Source of the DNA: a bacterium UBA2214
GTDB lineage: Bacteria; Zhuqueibacterota; Zhuqueibacteria; Residuimicrobiales; Residuimicrobiaceae
Direction: 5' to 3'
NCBI GenBank assembly: GCA_002327255.1
Contig: DCUM01000073.1
Span: 1-47,554, forward strand
Length of the DNA: 47,554 nt
Shown: positions 10,203 to 21,159 of the stretch, in pieces
Layout of the letters: the number at the start of each line of letters is the position of its first letter
Position numbering within the stretch: the stretch's first letter is position 1
The notes under the pieces: model-generated
Told to the model about the DNA's origin: nothing
Seen by the model: the letters and a program-made list of their open reading frames with translations, nothing else
Database searches by the model: none
Made by a program: the position numbers and the translations under genes

Positions 10203-11177
10203 TCAGGAGGCTGGATTTGATTTCCTGTTCTGGCCTTGCATTTTTTCGATCAATTGCGCATTGAATTCCTGAGCCGCGTTTTCCCCGAGATCGCGCAGTT
10301 TCTGATTCATGGCGATGACTTCGGCAATCACGGTGATATTTTTTCCCGGTAAAATGGGCAATTCAATCAACGGCAGTGAAACACCGAGAATTTCGATGAA
10401 TTTTTCATCCACGCCGATGCGTTCATACTCGCGTTCTTCCGAAAACTGCTCCAGGGCGACGACAATTCCGATGACTTTTTTCCCGCGTATGGCGCGGATG
10501 CCGAACATGCGCCGGATATCGATAATTCCCAGGCCGCGGATTTCCATGTGATGTTTGAGCACTTCGCTCGGTGCGCCCTCGAGCAGGTTCATGCCGAGGC
10601 GCGTGATGTGCACGACATCATCTGCCACCAATTGATGGCCGCGCTCGACCAAATCCAGCGCCAATTCGCTCTTGCCAATCGCTGCTTCGCCGGTGATCAG
10701 CATGCCCAGGCCGTAGACATCCACCAGCGAACCGTGAAGGATTATTTTGGGCGCAAATACGGTATCCAGGTATTCGGAAAGGTGGTGGATGACGGTGGTG
10801 GTGCTGAGGGGTGTGGAAAAGAGCGTGATGCCGTTCTGATTGGCGACTTCCACAAGCTCATGCGGGGGGATATTGTTGTTGGTGATGATGATGCAGGGTA
10901 ATTCGAAACCCAGCACCGTGGTGATGGTGGCGCGGCATTTCTCCGGGGTCAGCGTGCTCAAATAACCGATCTCGGTATTGCCCATTATCTGCACACGCCA
11001 ATAGGTAAAAACATCGACAAAACCGCTCAAGGCCAGACCGGATCGGTGCAGCTCGCGTTCGCGGATTTTACGGCTGAAACTGCCGTTGTTGTTGATGATC
11101 TTCAAGCCGACACGGGCGTGGTTGTTCCTGTACAAATCCTCGACCGTTATAAAGGGGATCTCTTTGTGTTCTGACAT
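10203..11177 (-). CDS. hprK: HPr kinase/phosphorylase
   Basis: 324 aa with the P-loop GEAAIGKSELALDLVERGHQLVADD and the downstream motif LEIRGLGIIDIRRMFG. Confidence 0.9.
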   Translation of the reverse strand: MSEHKEIPFITVEDLYRNNHARVGLKIINNNGSFSRKIRERELHRSGLALSGFVDVFTYWRVQIMGNTEIGYLSTLTPEKCRATITTVLGFELPCIIITNNNIPPHELVEVANQNGITLFSTPLSTTTVIHHLSEYLDTVFAPKIILHGSLVDVYGLGMLITGEAAIGKSELALDLVERGHQLVADDVVHITRLGMNLLEGAPSEVLKHHMEIRGLGIIDIRRMFGIRAIRGKKVIGIVVALEQFSEEREYERIGVDEKFIEILGVSLPLIELPILPGKNITVIAEVIAMNQKLRDLGENAAQEFNAQLIEKMQGQNRKSNPAS

Positions 11178-11306
11178 GACCGGTTTGATCGATAATTAAA
11201 AAGGGTTGAGACGGCTGCAAACCATTTGAATTCATCCAGCAGCAGAGCATGCTGCCAGCGAATGGACGCAAACCCGGCTCACAAACTGTCTCAACCCGCC
11301 CATGCC

Positions 11307-11645
11307 TTATGATTCTGAATTAATTGTGGTTTCCACATTCTCACTGATACGTTGATTTTCAAATTCGCGCAACTTGTCTTTATACTTTTTCAACTGACGC
11401 TCCATCTTGTCGACCGCCAGATCGAGCGATTTGTACATGTCTTCACTCTTTTCAACAACAGCCAGGCGGTTTCCATAGACCTTGGCAATGAGTTCTGCGA
11501 CCTGTTGTTGTTTAATATAATCCAGAATAATATCTATGTCAAGAATGCCATCGTAGTATTTTTTCAGTTTCTCCACTTGTTTATGCGCATGATCTTTTAA
11601 CCGTTCCGAGGGTTTGAAGTGACGAGCCGTGAAAGTGATTCGCAT
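11307..11645 (-). CDS. hpf: Ribosome hibernation promoting factor (short HPF/RaiA type)
   Basis: 112 aa starting MRITFTARHFKPSERLKDHAHKQVEKLKKYY. A strong SD (AAAGGAGG) lies upstream. Confidence 0.9.
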   Translation of the reverse strand: MRITFTARHFKPSERLKDHAHKQVEKLKKYYDGILDIDIILDYIKQQQVAELIAKVYGNRLAVVEKSEDMYKSLDLAVDKMERQLKKYKDKLREFENQRISENVETTINSES

Positions 11646-11765
11646 GAGTTGCCTCCTTTCGGATAAAAGTACGGACCTGTGTTGCCTGATACATGCTTTG
11701 AGCGGTTTGCTTGATACTCCTCTGTTATGGCAAGTTAATAACCTTCAGCATCATTTCATTCTTTC

Positions 11766-12698
11766 TCACGCTTCATCGGCGCGCGGATGCGCCTGCTTGT
11801 AAATGCGACGCAGGTGTTCGGCGGAGACATGCGTATAGACTTGCGTCGTTGAAAGGCTGCTATGCCCCAGCAGTTCCTTTACCGAGAGAATATCAGCCCC
11901 TTCATCCAGCAAATGGGTTGCAAAGGTATGCCGCAGGGCATGGGGATGCGCTTTATGGCGATCCGCGACACGGCGCAAATAGCGCTGCAGGAGACGTGCG
12001 AGCTGCTGGCGTGTGAAGGGGGTACCATCATCCCGAAGCAGCAGGAAATCGGCGCCGGCGCCGCTCTGCATCAGCAGATGCTCTCTTTGCGGCAGATAGT
12101 GCCGCAAGGTTTCGATGACCTGGCGGCCCAGCGGCACAATGCGTGTCTTGTCGCGTTTGCCATGCACGCGCAAGGTCCCCTGCCACAATTGCACGTCCTT
12201 GATTTTGAGTCCGGCGGCCTCACTGATTCTAACGCCGGTGGCGTAAAAGAGTTTCAGGGAGAGCAGATCGCGAATACCGGCAAATCGGGTCGTATCCGGC
12301 AGGAGCATAACCTGACGCATTTCGCCCTGGGTCAGGAAAATGGGGAGACGCTTTGGCTGCCGGGGTGAGCGGATGGCGCGTACCGGATTGGTGATGAGAG
12401 CCGATTCCCGCACCAGAAAGCGGGCAAACGCGCGCAAGGTCGCCAGTTTACGCGCTATGGAACGTGCCGCGTAACCTTTTTGCAGAAGCGCGGCGAGATA
12501 ACCGCGCACCGCAGAACGCTCAAAGTATGCCAGTTCGGGATGTTCCGTATCAAAACGATCCGCCAGGTAGAGGATAAACTGCTGCAGGTCGTTCCGGTAT
12601 GCGGACCTGGTATGGCTGGTGTGGTGCTTTTCGATTTCCAGGTAGCGATCGAATCGCAGAACCCAGGTGCAAAGGATATTTTCTGCCGTTACCGTCAT
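11766..12698 (-). CDS. Tyrosine recombinase, XerC/XerD type
   Basis: 310 aa. The catalytic region is HALRHTFATHLLDEGADILSVKELLGHSSLSTTQVYTHV. XerC cannot be told from XerD by eye. Confidence 0.85.
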   Translation of the reverse strand: MTVTAENILCTWVLRFDRYLEIEKHHTSHTRSAYRNDLQQFILYLADRFDTEHPELAYFERSAVRGYLAALLQKGYAARSIARKLATLRAFARFLVRESALITNPVRAIRSPRQPKRLPIFLTQGEMRQVMLLPDTTRFAGIRDLLSLKLFYATGVRISEAAGLKIKDVQLWQGTLRVHGKRDKTRIVPLGRQVIETLRHYLPQREHLLMQSGAGADFLLLRDDGTPFTRQQLARLLQRYLRRVADRHKAHPHALRHTFATHLLDEGADILSVKELLGHSSLSTTQVYTHVSAEHLRRIYKQAHPRADEA

Positions 12699-12775
12699 GC
12701 GGACTCTGCAAACCGGATTTTAGTGGCAAATTATCTGGCTGTCAAGATTGCCGTGGAACGCCAGCACCGCAAACC

Positions 12776-13243
12776 TCAATGGGGCCAGTGATTGGCTGTA
12801 TATTGAAAATAACCTTCCGATGCGCTGTTTTCAAAATCGAGCACCACCAGCGCGATGAGATCCTGCATATCCTCAATATCCATGGAGGGCAGCTTCAGAT
12901 TTACAGCGCGCTCGATGATGCTTTCCATGTCCATATCGCTTAAAAGTTCCATCTCGCGCAAGTGAAACAGGTAACCATAGGCCTGCGGAGAGATCGCCAT
13001 ACGCTCATATTCATTGAGTTGGCGCCAGATCGGACGGGGCAAATCTGATATCTGATTCTGAATCAACCGGTCGATGGTTTCCCCGTGGTTGAACAGCCAG
13101 GACATGGCATGGGTGATCTCTTCCTCGGAAAACCCGCGTTCGAGCAGCAGATCCATAATAAATTGTAAGTCAATATTTTCAAGAGAATTATCGCGAATCT
13201 CCTTCATGGCGTATGCAATAATCTCTAACAGACGTCGGTCCAT
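12776..13243 (-). CDS. smg: Smg (DUF494) family protein
   Basis: 155 aa. Its acidic N-terminal half (LLERGFSEEEITHAMSWL) resembles Smg/DUF494. Confidence 0.65.
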   Translation of the reverse strand: MDRRLLEIIAYAMKEIRDNSLENIDLQFIMDLLLERGFSEEEITHAMSWLFNHGETIDRLIQNQISDLPRPIWRQLNEYERMAISPQAYGYLFHLREMELLSDMDMESIIERAVNLKLPSMDIEDMQDLIALVVLDFENSASEGYFQYTANHWPH

Positions 13244-13386
13244 GCTATCTCCATATGGGCGGTGGTGAATCGCACCGTTCTCTCATTTCAATATACAAAT
13301 AAAAATTCCAAAAGCAAGTGCTTTCGGTCACGCGATTGGAAACCGGATGGAATAGTGCTGGAACGCACATCCCGGCCGCATATCCA

Positions 13387-16300
13387 TCAGGCGTTTTTGC
13401 CGCAGCACTGCTTGTATTTTTTGCCGCTGCCGCACGGGCACGGATCGTTGCGACCGACGCGAGCCCCTCTGACCACCGTCGCTGTCCGGGCCGGAGCCGC
13501 TGCAACCGCTGCCGGGCTCTCGGCGTGGCTGCGTGGTGCACCCTGCTTGAACGTTTCCACCTGAGAATGCGTGGTCATAAAATTCTTGGGCTCGATGCGC
13601 CGCATCTGGCGCTCCTCCAATTCGCCACCGACGTCAAAATACTTGAAGAGGGTGGCGACCACGTCACGATTGATGCGATCGATCATCTTGACAAACAGAT
13701 TATAGGCTTCACTTTTGTACTCCAGCAGGGGATCCTTCTGGCCGTAACCCCGCAAGCCGATACCCTCGCGCACCTCATCGGTCGCATTGAGGTGCTGCCG
13801 CCAGTTTTCATCGATTTTTTCCAGGACAAAATAGCGCTCATAGCGCATCGCGCGTTCGCTGCCGAGTTCTTCAATGCGTTTTTGATAAATTTGCCGCGCC
13901 CAGCGATTCAGTTGCGTCATGATTTCATTGGGATCGTAGACCTGGCCGCTGTCGTCGCTGAGACGCGGCGCCTGGCGGAACACCAGACGGCACTCGGACT
14001 CGATGCGGCGCACCTTGCTGCTGTCAAGCTCGGTTTCTCCCTCCATGACGCCGCTGATCATGGCATACACCGTGTCCTCGATCATCATCAGTACCGAATC
14101 GCGCACAATCTCTCCACTCAGCGTCTCCTGGTGGAAGCGTTCTTCGCGTTCGGCATAGGTTTCGTACCATTTCAGCGCCCAGGCGACGATATCCTCGGCA
14201 AACGAGGCGATTTCTGCGCCATCCCGGGTATCGGGCATGGCCTTTGCCGGACGCTGCATGAGGACAAATCCAAGGCGGGATGCCAGATCCGCCTGCTTCT
14301 GCTCGATGGGCGACGGGCCTGCGGCGACGCTCCGGACCATGGCCGTGAGGGCTGCCGCCATGAATTCCTCGATGGAGGCCCGATGCAGCATGGCCTCGAG
14401 ATAGGCATCCCGCTTTTCGTCCATCTGCGTTCGGTATTGAATCGAAAGTTGACGTGAGAGGCGTTCTTCCAGTGGCTCTTCCGATGCCGCCGTCACATCG
14501 GGCAGCGTCACATCCCCAAAGAGGCGATGCAGGAACTTTATCTGGCGCTCATCGAGCCGGTCGGTTCTGCCGCTTCCCAAATCGATGAGGAGATAGCGCA
14601 CCACCACATCGATGAAATTCGCGAGGGAAAAGAATCCCACGATACGATGGCGCATGGCTGAGGCATCGAGATGCGGCAGGCGCTCCCGAATCCAGCTCTG
14701 TATCATCTGCAGCAACTTTTCACGACGAATGGTGCGAATTTCATGGATACCGACGGGGGGCTTGCCGGAGAAGACGCGATCCAGACCGTTGAGAAACTCC
14801 TCGCCTTTCCAGGCGTGCGGTGAAATCTTCTCCGGCAGATACGCTTCCATGAGGCCGCGCAGGTAAACCATCGCCATCTCTTCGGTTTCCAGTTTCAGGA
14901 AGAGGAGGAGATCGAGTCCTTCGCGGTTCCTTGCCACGTGCTCCTGGTAATGCCGGGCGGCCCATTGTACCAGGCGCTGCTCGAGCTCTGCGGCATCGGC
15001 CGGGATGTCCTTTGCCGCCAGCCATTGCGGCGACGTCCCATAGATTCGTTCAAGCTCGTCGCGAATGCCGGTGAGATTCCATTTGGCGGTATCCCGGGTA
15101 CCGGCGCTGTGCAAGCGGATTTTCAGGTGCACCAGTTCTTCCAGCGTCTGCGCAAAGGGCGTATAGCCGAGCAGGCGATGCCGCAGCTGCATCTGACGTT
15201 GCAGCCGTTCCGCCTCAATTTGTTCACCGATCCATTCGATCAGGAGTTCTTTGATCTCTGCAAATTTTAAAGGCTCGAGTTCCTGAACCGTAAAGCCGGT
15301 TTCGTTGTGGAAAAAGGCCTCCAGATTGGCCAGCAGTCCGGCCAGGTCCCATTCCGTGCGTTCGTCTTCTTCGTTAAAATAGCGTTTGGCTTTCGATTCG
15401 ACAAGATCTTCCGGACCGGCGAATCCCAGCAGATTTTGCCGCCGTTTGTAGATGATTTTGCGCTGTTCATTGAGGACGTTGTCGTAATCCAGCAGGTGCT
15501 TGCGAATCTCAAAGTTGCGTTCTTCCACTTTCTTCTGGGCTCTTTCGATGGAACGCGTGATGAGCGGATGTTCAATGCGCTCGTTCTCTTCCATGGGCCC
15601 GAGGCGGCTCATCATGGTGGTGATCCGGTCGGAACCGAACAGGCGCATCAGATCATCTTCCAGCGAGAGGTAGAAGCGCGACGAGCCGGGGTCGCCTTGA
15701 CGGCCGGAGCGGCCGCGCAGCTGGCGGTCGATACGGCGCGCCTCATGTTTTTCGGAACCGATGATGTGCAGTCCGCCGCGCCTGGCCACCTCATGATGAA
15801 GCTTGATGTCCGTGCCGCGGCCTGCCATGTTGGTGGCGATGGTGATGCTGCCGGGCAGACCCGCTTTGGTGACGATCTCCGCTTCCTGGCGGTGGAATTT
15901 GGCGTTCAAAACGGTATGGAAGCGGCCGGATTCCAATTCATGGGTGACATCGCCTTTCTTGAGCCAGTTGGCAATGGGAACGCCGCGCTGCGTCAGCATA
16001 TCGCTGAGCAGCTGGGAGACTTCCACGGAGATGGTGCCGACCAGCACGGAACGTCCCTGTTCATGCATGGAGATGGCTTCTTCGACGATGGCATTGTATT
16101 TCTCTTTCCGGGTGCGGTAAATGACATCGTTTTCATCGTTGCGAATGACCGGTTTATTGGTCGGTATGACCATGACCTCGAGTTTGTAGGTGCTGAAAAA
16201 TTCCTGGGCTTCGGTTTCCGCGGTTCCGGTCATACCCGCCAATTTATCGTAGAGCCTGAAAAAATTCTGGATGGTGATCGTAGCCAGCGTCTGCGACTCG

Positions 16301-19300
16301 GCCTGCACCTCCACGCCTTCCTTGGCTTCGAGGGCTTCGTGCAAACCATCGCTGTAACGGCGGCCCGGCATGAGCCGGCCGGTGAACTGGTCCACAATCA
16401 TGACCGCATTGGCGCCCTTTTTCCCGGAGACGCGTCCGCGCAAGTCGGCATCATCCAGGGCTTTGACGACATAGTCGACGTCGCGATGATAGAGGGTGTA
16501 GGCGCGCAGCAGCTGCGAAATATTCTGCACCCGTTCCTCGATGGCGGTGTACTCTTTCCAGAGGTTGTCGCGCTGCTCTTCAAGGAGGCGGCGCGGTTTG
16601 CGTTCAATATGAATCCGCAGCCAATGTTCGATCTCCTCGCTGGTCAGGGATGTTTTGGCGGAATGGGCTTTAAAAATCAGTTCATTCATTTCGCGGTCAT
16701 CGAGCTGAAAATGTTTGCCGCGCAAATGGGCTTTATCTTTGGCGAGCAGACTCTCGAACTCGGCCTGGGTCGTCGCTTTTTTCGTCGCCAGTAACAGCAC
16801 CTCCTCGCGAAACCGGTGCAGTTCATCGCGATAGGAAAAGAATGGCAGCCCTTCGAGCAGGAGAGCGCGCGCCGTCTTTTTCAGTGCAACCGGGAGGCCG
16901 TGATCGTCGAGAACAAAAAGGAGCTCCTGTTCCAGATCGGGACTGTTGGTGAGATGCAGCAGGCGCTCCCAGATTTGCTGACGCGAAGCGGAAGCGCCGC
17001 GCAGGAGGTTGAGCCCGTTGTCCGATAAACCGAGGAACGCGGTGCTCTCCGGCCTCAATTCATGTGCCGGGGCATCAAACTCAAAGTAGCGATGGAGATG
17101 GCGGCTTTTCTCCACAGCGCTCATATCCGGATTTTCAAACCATTCAAAGATAACCTGCATGGTGCGATGCAGGCGTTCGACCTCCTCAAACTGGCGTGAG
17201 AGACTCGCTACCGGTTGTTCCTGAGGAAATGCGGTGGCGAGAAAATGATCCAGGCTCAGGCGCAACCGGACGGGCGCCCCCCCCAAAGCGGCGGCGTTCT
17301 GCTGTTTCCATTCGCTTATTTTTTCCGCCACTGCAGCAAAGGGAAGGCCCAGCAGCCGATCCAGTTCCGCAGCCGCCAACCCGACATATCGTCCTTGCGG
17401 ATCGAGGTTAAAGATGCGTCCCGCCTGATTTTTTTCGCGACGGAGTTCCTCATCGAGTTGCTGGATGAGAGCGTGTGTTTGCGATGCGTGACCGGAGAGG
17501 ATGGCGGCCGCCTCCGTGGTGAATTGGAAGCGGCGTGTCCCCGGATCGATGCGCCACCAGGTATCGCCTGTGTCGAGCTTGTGGAGTTCATCGACATCGC
17601 GCTCGATCTCTTCAATCGCCATGACGCGTTCGGCGTAATCAAAGCCGCTTTGATTGAGGGTGCGGTCCAGCAGATTCTGGATACCGCGATCGCGTTCTTC
17701 GACCAGGCTGCGGTCCGGAAGGATGTATAAATCCGGGTTGCCGCCCAGCATGGCGATGCGTCCCTTTTCAGCGATGTGACGCGGTATGGCGCCTTTGCCG
17801 GTGAACTCGAAATACTCCTGGCGGCGTTCATCCAGCGTATCTGTGCTCCCGGTTGCCAGCAGTGCCGTCATCTTGCTGATAGCGGGCAGCAGGGAGAGAT
17901 CGCCGTCGAAATGGCGGATCAGGATCGCGGTCACGCCGTCGGGGCGCAGGGCCGTGGGGGCGTTGCTGCTCTTGTCAAGTTCGAACCACAAGCCGGCCCA
18001 TTCGCGGCGAAGCTCGGCTTCGACGCGATTCGCCGCATCGAAGGCATCCATATCCTGCAGCAAATCGGCGTAATTTTGCACCAGTTCCGTATAGAGGGGA
18101 GCGGCATTGCCCGCGAGCAGAAAACGCTTCGCCTCTTCGGTGAGGCCAACCACCATGCGCTCCAGTTTTCTGGAATTAAGGTAATAGTGCCGCCAGGCGG
18201 CGGATTTATCGATTTTTTGCTGCTGGGCGCTTTCCGATACCTGTTGGGCCAGTTGAGCGATACGGGCAGCCAGTGCAGCGGCGGCATCGATCAGCGCCTC
18301 ATCGGCTATTTTCCCGGGTGCGGCCAGCACAACCTGTCCAGCCGGGGTGATGCCGTTGCAGAGACCGCTGACGGGATCCTGGGTATAGAAACGCTGGACA
18401 TTTTTCTGCTCCGCCACAGCGCCGAGGCGTTCATCGAGGCGGTCCAGTAGCTCGATTTTGGCGACGAGGTCCTGATCGCGTCCGCCCGAAAGAAAAATGC
18501 GGCCTTTTTCCGTGATATCAACCACATGCGATTTCTCGTCGATGGTATAATAGAGTTCACCATCGACGCTGCCCATCTCCTTGTTGATTTCGTGTTCACT
18601 TTGGATGCCTTCGATCAATTTTTTGACCCAAAACTCGGAGGTGAGTAATTCGAGGAGCTGGGCATTTTTGGGATCACCGCGGTGTACGCGCAGGAGCGCC
18701 ATGCCGGCAGCCTCTTCGTCCTGCTCCAGCAACTCCTTGCCTTTACGCAGCAGTTCCGCGATCAAATCTTTCTGGCGGCGATAGAGATTGGCGACGATGG
18801 GTTTGAGTTCGTAATAAATGTTGCGCGGTGCGCCCACGGAACCGGAGATGATCAAAGGCGTACGGGACTCATCGATGAGCACACTGTCGACTTCATCAAC
18901 GATGGCATAATTGAGCTTGCGCTGCGCGACGCTCCAGACATCGGTGGCCATGTTGTCGCGCAGATAATCGAAACCGAACTCATTATTGGTGCCATAGGTA
19001 ATATCGGCGTTATAGGCCTGACGGCGTTCTTCCGGCGTCATTTCGCCGTGCAGCGCCGCGGCGGTCAAGCCAAGAAAATCAAATATTTTTCCCATCCATT
19101 CACAGTCGCGTTGGGCGAGATAATCGTTGACGGTGACCAGATGCGCACCTTTGCCGGTCAGTGCATTGAGATAAAGCGGCATGGTGGCGACCAGCGTTTT
19201 GCCTTCGCCCGTTGCCATCTCGGCGATTTTGCCCTGATGCAGGACGACGGCGCCGAGAATCTGGACATCATACGGCACCATATTCCATACGATTTCCTGG

Positions 19301-19572
19301 CCGCGGACCAGCCATTTGCGGCCGATGAGGCGACGGCAGGTCTCCTTGACGGCAGCATACGCCTCCGGCAAAAGGTCATCGACCGTCGCGTCTTCACGGG
19401 AAAGCCGATACCTGAATTCCTGGGTCTTGGCTTTCAGTTCGTCATCGCTGAGTGATGCAAACGCCTCGGCATGGCGATTGACTTCCGCGACAACAGGCCA
19501 CATCCGCTTGACTTCGCGTTCGGTGCTGGTGCCGCCCATAAATTTGGAAAAAAAGGTAGAAATTGAACTCAT
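13387..19572 (-). CDS. secA: Preprotein translocase ATPase SecA, giant 2,061-aa form
   Basis: All canonical motifs occur in order: Walker [90 protein letters not shown] and the C-terminal zinc finger [14 protein letters not shown]. The start is an ATG at 19572. Confidence 0.9.
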   Translation of the reverse strand: MSSISTFFSKFMGGTSTEREVKRMWPVVAEVNRHAEAFASLSDDELKAKTQEFRYRLSREDATVDDLLPEAYAAVKETCRRLIGRKWLVRGQEIVWNMVPYDVQILGAVVLHQGKIAEMATGEGKTLVATMPLYLNALTGKGAHLVTVNDYLAQRDCEWMGKIFDFLGLTAAALHGEMTPEERRQAYNADITYGTNNEFGFDYLRDNMATDVWSVAQRKLNYAIVDEVDSVLIDESRTPLIISGSVGAPRNIYYELKPIVANLYRRQKDLIAELLRKGKELLEQDEEAAGMALLRVHRGDPKNAQLLELLTSEFWVKKLIEGIQSEHEINKEMGSVDGELYYTIDEKSHVVDITEKGRIFLSGGRDQDLVAKIELLDRLDERLGAVAEQKNVQRFYTQDPVSGLCNGITPAGQVVLAAPGKIADEALIDAAAALAARIAQLAQQVSESAQQQKIDKSAAWRHYYLNSRKLERMVVGLTEEAKRFLLAGNAAPLYTELVQNYADLLQDMDAFDAANRVEAELRREWAGLWFELDKSSNAPTALRPDGVTAILIRHFDGDLSLLPAISKMTALLATGSTDTLDERRQEYFEFTGKGAIPRHIAEKGRIAMLGGNPDLYILPDRSLVEERDRGIQNLLDRTLNQSGFDYAERVMAIEEIERDVDELHKLDTGDTWWRIDPGTRRFQFTTEAAAILSGHASQTHALIQQLDEELRREKNQAGRIFNLDPQGRYVGLAAAELDRLLGLPFAAVAEKISEWKQQNAAALGGAPVRLRLSLDHFLATAFPQEQPVASLSRQFEEVERLHRTMQVIFEWFENPDMSAVEKSRHLHRYFEFDAPAHELRPESTAFLGLSDNGLNLLRGASASRQQIWERLLHLTNSPDLEQELLFVLDDHGLPVALKKTARALLLEGLPFFSYRDELHRFREEVLLLATKKATTQAEFESLLAKDKAHLRGKHFQLDDREMNELIFKAHSAKTSLTSEEIEHWLRIHIERKPRRLLEEQRDNLWKEYTAIEERVQNISQLLRAYTLYHRDVDYVVKALDDADLRGRVSGKKGANAVMIVDQFTGRLMPGRRYSDGLHEALEAKEGVEVQAESQTLATITIQNFFRLYDKLAGMTGTAETEAQEFFSTYKLEVMVIPTNKPVIRNDENDVIYRTRKEKYNAIVEEAISMHEQGRSVLVGTISVEVSQLLSDMLTQRGVPIANWLKKGDVTHELESGRFHTVLNAKFHRQEAEIVTKAGLPGSITIATNMAGRGTDIKLHHEVARRGGLHIIGSEKHEARRIDRQLRGRSGRQGDPGSSRFYLSLEDDLMRLFGSDRITTMMSRLGPMEENERIEHPLITRSIERAQKKVEERNFEIRKHLLDYDNVLNEQRKIIYKRRQNLLGFAGPEDLVESKAKRYFNEEDERTEWDLAGLLANLEAFFHNETGFTVQELEPLKFAEIKELLIEWIGEQIEAERLQRQMQLRHRLLGYTPFAQTLEELVHLKIRLHSAGTRDTAKWNLTGIRDELERIYGTSPQWLAAKDIPADAAELEQRLVQWAARHYQEHVARNREGLDLLLFLKLETEEMAMVYLRGLMEAYLPEKISPHAWKGEEFLNGLDRVFSGKPPVGIHEIRTIRREKLLQMIQSWIRERLPHLDASAMRHRIVGFFSLANFIDVVVRYLLIDLGSGRTDRLDERQIKFLHRLFGDVTLPDVTAASEEPLEERLSRQLSIQYRTQMDEKRDAYLEAMLHRASIEEFMAAALTAMVRSVAAGPSPIEQKQADLASRLGFVLMQRPAKAMPDTRDGAEIASFAEDIVAWALKWYETYAEREERFHQETLSGEIVRDSVLMMIEDTVYAMISGVMEGETELDSSKVRRIESECRLVFRQAPRLSDDSGQVYDPNEIMTQLNRWARQIYQKRIEELGSERAMRYERYFVLEKIDENWRQHLNATDEVREGIGLRGYGQKDPLLEYKSEAYNLFVKMIDRINRDVVATLFKYFDVGGELEERQMRRIEPKNFMTTHSQVETFKQGAPRSHAESPAAVAAAPARTATVVRGARVGRNDPCPCGSGKKYKQCCGKNA

Positions 19573-19582
19573 ATTGGATTCC

Positions 19583-19617
19583 TTAAAAAGAGAACGCCGC
19601 TCGCACCTGGAGCGGCG
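19583..19617 (-). terminator. Putative intrinsic terminator/attenuator between nusB and secA
   Basis: On the minus strand, the CGCCGCTC/GAGCGGCG stem (19595-19602 with 19610-19617) is followed by TTCTCTTTTT. Confidence 0.5.
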
Positions 19618-19651
19618 ATGAAAAATATATGATTATGAAACGCACGATCAC

Positions 19652-20194
19652 TCAGGATGTTTCGCTGTTTTCCGGGCCATGTCCCTCTTGCAAGCCGCGC
19701 CCGGTTTTAACCAGTTGTTGTGTCTTTTTGAGATCGAGCAGCACCGCATCGAGGATACCGTTGACAAAACGGCCGCTCTGTTCCGTGCTGTAGAGTTTGG
19801 ACATCTCGATAGCCTCATCGATGGAGACCTTGGGCGGGATATCCCAGAAGTAGAGGAACTCACAAATCGCCATGCGCAGAATGATGCGGTCGATGATGGC
19901 GATGCGGTTAAAATCCCAATTGGTGACATGCTTTTTGATATGGGCATCGAGTTCGTCGCAATGAGTTGTGGTCTTTTCCGCCATCTCCTGCACGAATTGG
20001 ACGATGAGCGTGTCTTCCGCGTGGAAAGTCAACACGCTGCGCAGCACCTGAGCGATGGGATCGCCCGATAATTCATGGGCATACAGACCCTGCAAGGCGA
20101 TCTCACGGCCGCGCCGCCGCGATCCAGGCGCGGAGGCGTGATAGATGTCCTCATCTTCGTGAGGGGGATTAGCGGATGTAGTGATGCCAGCCAT
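19652..20194 (-). CDS. nusB: Transcription antitermination factor NusB
   Basis: 180 aa with the motifs [17 protein letters not shown] and [15 protein letters not shown]. Confidence 0.85.
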   Translation of the reverse strand: MAGITTSANPPHEDEDIYHASAPGSRRRGREIALQGLYAHELSGDPIAQVLRSVLTFHAEDTLIVQFVQEMAEKTTTHCDELDAHIKKHVTNWDFNRIAIIDRIILRMAICEFLYFWDIPPKVSIDEAIEMSKLYSTEQSGRFVNGILDAVLLDLKKTQQLVKTGRGLQEGHGPENSETS

Positions 20195-21098
20195 AGATGT
20201 CTTGTGTCTCGCCGTTTAGGTATTCGAAAAAGCGCGTCTGCAGTTTATGGGTGATGGGCCCGCAGCAGCCCGCACCGATCACTTCCCGGTCTATGGAGCG
20301 AATGGGGGTGATTTCAGCGGCCGAACCCGTGAAGAAAACCTCATCCGCGATATAAAGCATTTCGCGTGGAATCTGGGTTTCAACCACCGTGAGTCCCATT
20401 TCATGGGCCAGGGTGATGACGCTCGCCCGGGTGATGCCGATGAGAATGCTGGCGGAACCGGGCGGCGTATAGAGGACGCCGTCACGAACCACGAATACAT
20501 TTTCACCACTGCCTTCACTGATAAATCCGGCGACGTCCAGGGCAATCCCCTCGACATAGCCGTCCGCATTGGCTTCCTGCTTGATGAGCTGGGAATTCAT
20601 ATAGTTGGCGCCCGCTTTGGCCATCGCGGGCATGGTGCTGGGCGCCATTCTGCGCCACGAAGAGATGCGCACATCGACGCCGGTGGCCAGGGCTTCATCG
20701 CCAAGGTATTTGCCCCAATTCAGTGCAGCGACGGCCACATCCACCGGACAGTTGCGCGGATCTACACCCAGGGAAAAGTAACCGCGGTAGACGACGGGGC
20801 GCAGATAAGCCGCATTGAAACCATTCTTCTTGACGACATCGTTGCAGGCCTGTATGATCTCTTCCCGGGAATAGGGTACTTTCATCCGGTATATTTTTGC
20901 CGAGTCAAAGAGGCGCTGAATGTGTTCCTTGAGACGAAAAATCGTCGACCCTTTGGGCGTTTCATAACAGCGAATGCCTTCGAAGACACTGGAGCCATAG
21001 TGCACGACGTGCGACATGACGTGAATTTTTGCATCCTGCCACGGGATGAATTCTCCATTCATCCATATCAGGCTTTTTTCATCTCTCGGATCCATCAT
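20169..21098 (-). CDS. ilvE: Branched-chain-amino-acid aminotransferase
   Basis: 309 aa with the motifs [33 protein letters not shown] and [13 protein letters not shown]. Confidence 0.9.
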   Translation of the reverse strand: MMDPRDEKSLIWMNGEFIPWQDAKIHVMSHVVHYGSSVFEGIRCYETPKGSTIFRLKEHIQRLFDSAKIYRMKVPYSREEIIQACNDVVKKNGFNAAYLRPVVYRGYFSLGVDPRNCPVDVAVAALNWGKYLGDEALATGVDVRISSWRRMAPSTMPAMAKAGANYMNSQLIKQEANADGYVEGIALDVAGFISEGSGENVFVVRDGVLYTPPGSASILIGITRASVITLAHEMGLTVVETQIPREMLYIADEVFFTGSAAEITPIRSIDREVIGAGCCGPITHKLQTRFFEYLNGETQDIYGWHHYIR

Positions 21099-21159
21099 CG
21101 ACTCCTCTTTGTGCGTACATCATTCATTTCATGGCGCGGCTCGCGGCGGTGGCATGCCA

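Noticed and set aside
11766-12698. The tyrosine recombinase as an integrase marking a mobile element or genomic island.
   Set aside because: Its size and motifs fit chromosomal XerC/XerD. It is flanked by housekeeping genes (smg/secA, hpf/hprK). There is no adjacent tRNA, excisionase, direct repeats or phage/transposon genes, and no visible compositional break.
15307-16794. Long antisense ORFs opposite recognised genes. Examples are 15307-16794 (+) and 13318-14457 (+) opposite secA, 5187-6143 (+) opposite proS and 20247-21176 (+) opposite ilvE. Others are 26016-27149 (-) opposite the AKR, 27118-28185 (-), 31601-32620 (+), 7937-9115 (+) and 33898-34737 (+).
   Set aside because: Each one mirrors a gene with clear family motifs on the other strand. 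Their translations are low-complexity and rich in R/G/A/P/H, with no recognisable motifs. Stop-poor antisense frames are expected in GC-rich DNA.
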